64,000 nt of DNA from Gracilinanus agilis. Lineage: Eukaryota. The notes beneath the pieces are model-generated. The model was not told where the DNA came from. It did no database searches and was given only the letters and a program-made list of their open reading frames with translations. A program made the translations under genes and the position numbers. The stretch lies in the NCBI RefSeq assembly GCF_016433145.1, contig NC_058133.1, positions 178,719,261-178,783,260 on the forward strand. The letters run 5' to 3'. Of the stretch, positions 61,421-64,000 are shown piece by piece. Within the stretch, counting starts at the first letter, position 1; every line of letters starts with the position of its first letter.

Positions 61421-61773
61421 AAAACCCTAACCTAACAGCCAATGGGTCTCTACTCTCTTTTGGGGATGATTCCTCTGGAGGAAGTGAAGGAAAAAAAAGG
61501 AGCTCGAGATACTGATGGTTACCTAAAGAGCCACCTTTATTTAAGTCTTCGGCAAACCACAGGGGCTGCAGGTAGAGAAAAGGGTTAAGGCCCCATGTCA
61601 GACAAGGAATCCTGGCATGAAACCAGAAGGGACATGGGAACCAGGGCAGCTGAGTTACAAAAGCTTGATTGTAGCAGCCTATTGGATTGGAAATGACTTG
61701 TAGGCCTAATGAAACTGAACTCTGGCAGGAAAACAGAATGAAAGGAATGAGACAATCAAAGGCAGGAACAAAG

Positions 61774-61929
61774 NNNNNNNNNNNNNNNNNNNNNNNNNNN
61801 NNNNNNNNNNNNNNNNNNNNNNNNNNNNNNNNNNNNNNNNNNNNNNNNNNNNNNNNNNNNNNNNNNNNNNNNNNNNNNNNNNNNNNNNNNNNNNNNNNNN
61901 NNNNNNNNNNNNNNNNNNNNNNNNNNNNN
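61774..61929. other. Assembly gap (156 N)
   Basis: N run. Confidence 0.99.
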
Positions 61930-62324
61930 CTTTACTTTCACAGGAGTTATAGAAAGTGAGCATTACTAGGCAGGAACTCACGCTATCTTTGCCTCCAACA
62001 GCTTAAAGGGACAGAACAGCTATATCCTGGGAGAAGGAGAGAATTCATTAAGTTTAAAGGCCTCCTGTTTGATCTCCAAAATCCTATAAGTGAGAATTTA
62101 AGACGCCAGTGCTTGAAGGAGGGGGTCTAAAGGAAGGGAAGGGGAAAAAAAAACATAACACAGAGGCAGAGGCAGGCACAGAAAGACGTTTCTTTGATCC
62201 CTATACGTTTTAATAATAATAATCCGGGAACATGTTTATTTTATGCAGCTGTATGGAAAAAGTGGGGAGAGTTATATGTGCTTCCCACCCCTGGCCCGTT
62301 TTTATATGAGCTAGGAGACTGGGA

Positions 62325-62485
62325 GGATAAGGGCTGGACCTGTGATCTCATTACTATAAGAAATTCCTCGATAAGAAGACTATTTCAAAACAAATGGAGT
62401 CAATGCCTCCTCTGAAACTTCTACTCTTAGCCCTGAGATGAAGTGATTTTTCCAGGGTCACAGAGCCAGGACTTGAACTTTGACC
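62325..62485 (-). mobile_element. Marsupial CORE-SINE (WSINE1/Mar3-like tail, name uncertain)
   Basis: ggacctgtgatctcatt...gaaacttctactcttag...aagtgatttttccagggtcacag; related pieces at ~7640, ~26980 and ~43410. Confidence 0.55.
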
Positions 62486-62744
62486 TGGGTTCAAGCTGGA
62501 CTGACTTGGAGGCCAGCTGTCCATCCATTAGGCCACAATTCAAGTCTTCTCTCATGAATGAAAAGTGTCTTGCAAACATCAAAGTCCAGACTTAGTACTT
62601 CACTAGAGGATGGAGTCCCTCCACTAAGGCACATGAGGAAGAGCTCAGTCATTTATAGTATCTGATTAAGCGACTTACACAGAGTTAAATAATCCTGTGT
62701 CAGAGACTGGATAATATAAATGCCATCTATTACTATTACTATTA

Positions 62745-62965
62745 GTATCTTGTTCAGTCCTTTCAGTCATATTCCAACTCTTTGTGATCCTTTTGGGGTT
62801 TTCTTGGCAAAGATACTGGAGTGGTTTGCCATTTCCTCCTCCAACTCATTTTACAGATGAGGAAACTGAGGCAAACAGGGTGAAGTGACTTTCCCAGGGT
62901 CACACAGCTAGTGCCTGAGGCTTGCTATGAACTCAGATCTTTCTGATTTGGGCCACACAGCTGCC
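62745..62965 (-). mobile_element. MAR1-type SINE
   Basis: ggggttttcttggcaaagatactggagtggtttgccatttcc. Confidence 0.9.
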
Positions 62966-63379
62966 CTAAGTGTGTCTACACATGCCAATATATTATACTG
63001 AAGATAAATCATTCTTACAGTGGATTAGTGCTGATGGACATTTGTATAGTTGCATCATCCTAGCTAATTATCCCATCAGGTGTTTGGAAAATAAATAAAA
63101 TCAACATACTTTAACCTTTTGTTAATGATTTAAGATAATGTTGATTTATATAGGTCTCTTTGCCCCAATCCTCCTAAAAGGCTATTAATTGCTTTCAGTC
63201 AGTCCCATTTCTCCATCCTGGCTTATCTGCTCTAACTTAATTTAGGAAGAATTAAAAAGGAAAACAACTAAACTTGTTAATAATGATAATAATAATCAAA
63301 ACATACATATAATTCTCAGTCATTAGTATACAGCTTACAATTATTAAAATGATGATGCACAGGCTTTGTAACAGCCAAG

Positions 63380-63600
63380 AAGCCCAAGTCTCAGTCCAAG
63401 TTCAAAACCAGCCTCAGACATTTATTAGTTGGGTGGCCCTATGCAAGTCACTTAAATTCTGTATGCCTCAGTTTCTTCATCTGTTAAAAAGGAGATAATA
63501 ACAACGCCTGCCTAAGGTAGCCGTGAATATCAAATGGGATATCTGTAAATCACTTTGTAAACCTTAAAAGCACGATGTGCTATTTAATGCTAGCTATTAT
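63380..63600 (+). mobile_element. MIR
   Basis: gcaagtcacttaaattctgtatgcctcagtttcttcatctg. Confidence 0.85.
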
Positions 63601-64000
63601 TATTTATGAAACAAAATACACTGATTATATTACTATGGGCAAGGGGGCTAGTTGAGGGCTATTCTACCAGTCTCTGCACACAAAAGCTCATCTATAATCC
63701 AAGGGCATTAAGCCACAGTCAGACTTCATTACATTCACATCCTACCAATTTGGAAAATGGCAATCATTCAGATCGTGCATTTGTAATTCTCCCTGAGAGG
63801 GTAGTTAGAAATAATCCCTGAATTCTAGGTTATTGCTCACAAGCATGATAAAGCTAGTCCAGAGTTGTCTTGCTTTTGTTTTGTTTAAACAGGGCCAGGT
63901 TTAAAAAAATTCAGGATTCAGCCTTAGGGATCCAGTCCCCGATTGTTATGTTTCCAACACACATAACCTCTACCCTGATGCCTCAGCCTAATGTAGGGGT

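Noticed and set aside
1-64000. All ORFs in the supplied six-frame track (60-124 aa)
   Set aside because: None resembles a protein I recognise. Most overlap SINE, L2, L1 or microsatellite sequence or N gaps, and their lengths are as expected by chance.
1-64000. tRNA-like A/B boxes (ggttcaaat), known miRNA sequences, Rsx-like tandem arrays, CRISPR
   Set aside because: The B boxes belong to SINE heads. No mature miRNA that I checked by eye matched beyond the seed. There is no long tandem-repeat domain, and CRISPR does not apply to this eukaryotic DNA.

Overview
Non-coding, repeat-dense marsupial DNA. The SINE families (SINE1_Mdo-type, MAR1-type, MIR) and L1 3' ends point to the opossum Monodelphis domestica or a close didelphid; this is inferred from recalled repeat consensus sequences, not a database search. 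I found no recognisable protein-coding exon, tRNA, rRNA, snoRNA or miRNA. The ORF track entries are repeat-derived or chance ORFs. Roughly half of the window is recognisable transposon debris: many CORE-SINEs, L2, L3/CR1, L1 3' ends, several hAT-Charlie MITEs and one probable solo LTR. There are also microsatellites and two assembly gaps. Between the repeats lie about a dozen repeat-free islands rich in homeodomain and other TF motifs that look like conserved non-coding elements, so this is probably a large intron or gene desert of a developmental regulator. The most notable items are: (1) a CpG-retaining ~1 kb island at 50.5-51.6 kb with promoter-like motifs and a clean splice acceptor leading into an open candidate exon; (2) a young 192-bp hAT MITE carrying a near-consensus CTCF site; (3) a second hAT MITE nested in a probable solo LTR; (4) an ancient ~250-bp local duplication; (5) L1 3'-end insertions with intact target-site duplications. 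I cannot support a claim of a new biological system from sequence alone. Most repeat boundaries are approximate (plus or minus 10-30 bp), and family names are from memory of consensus sequences.
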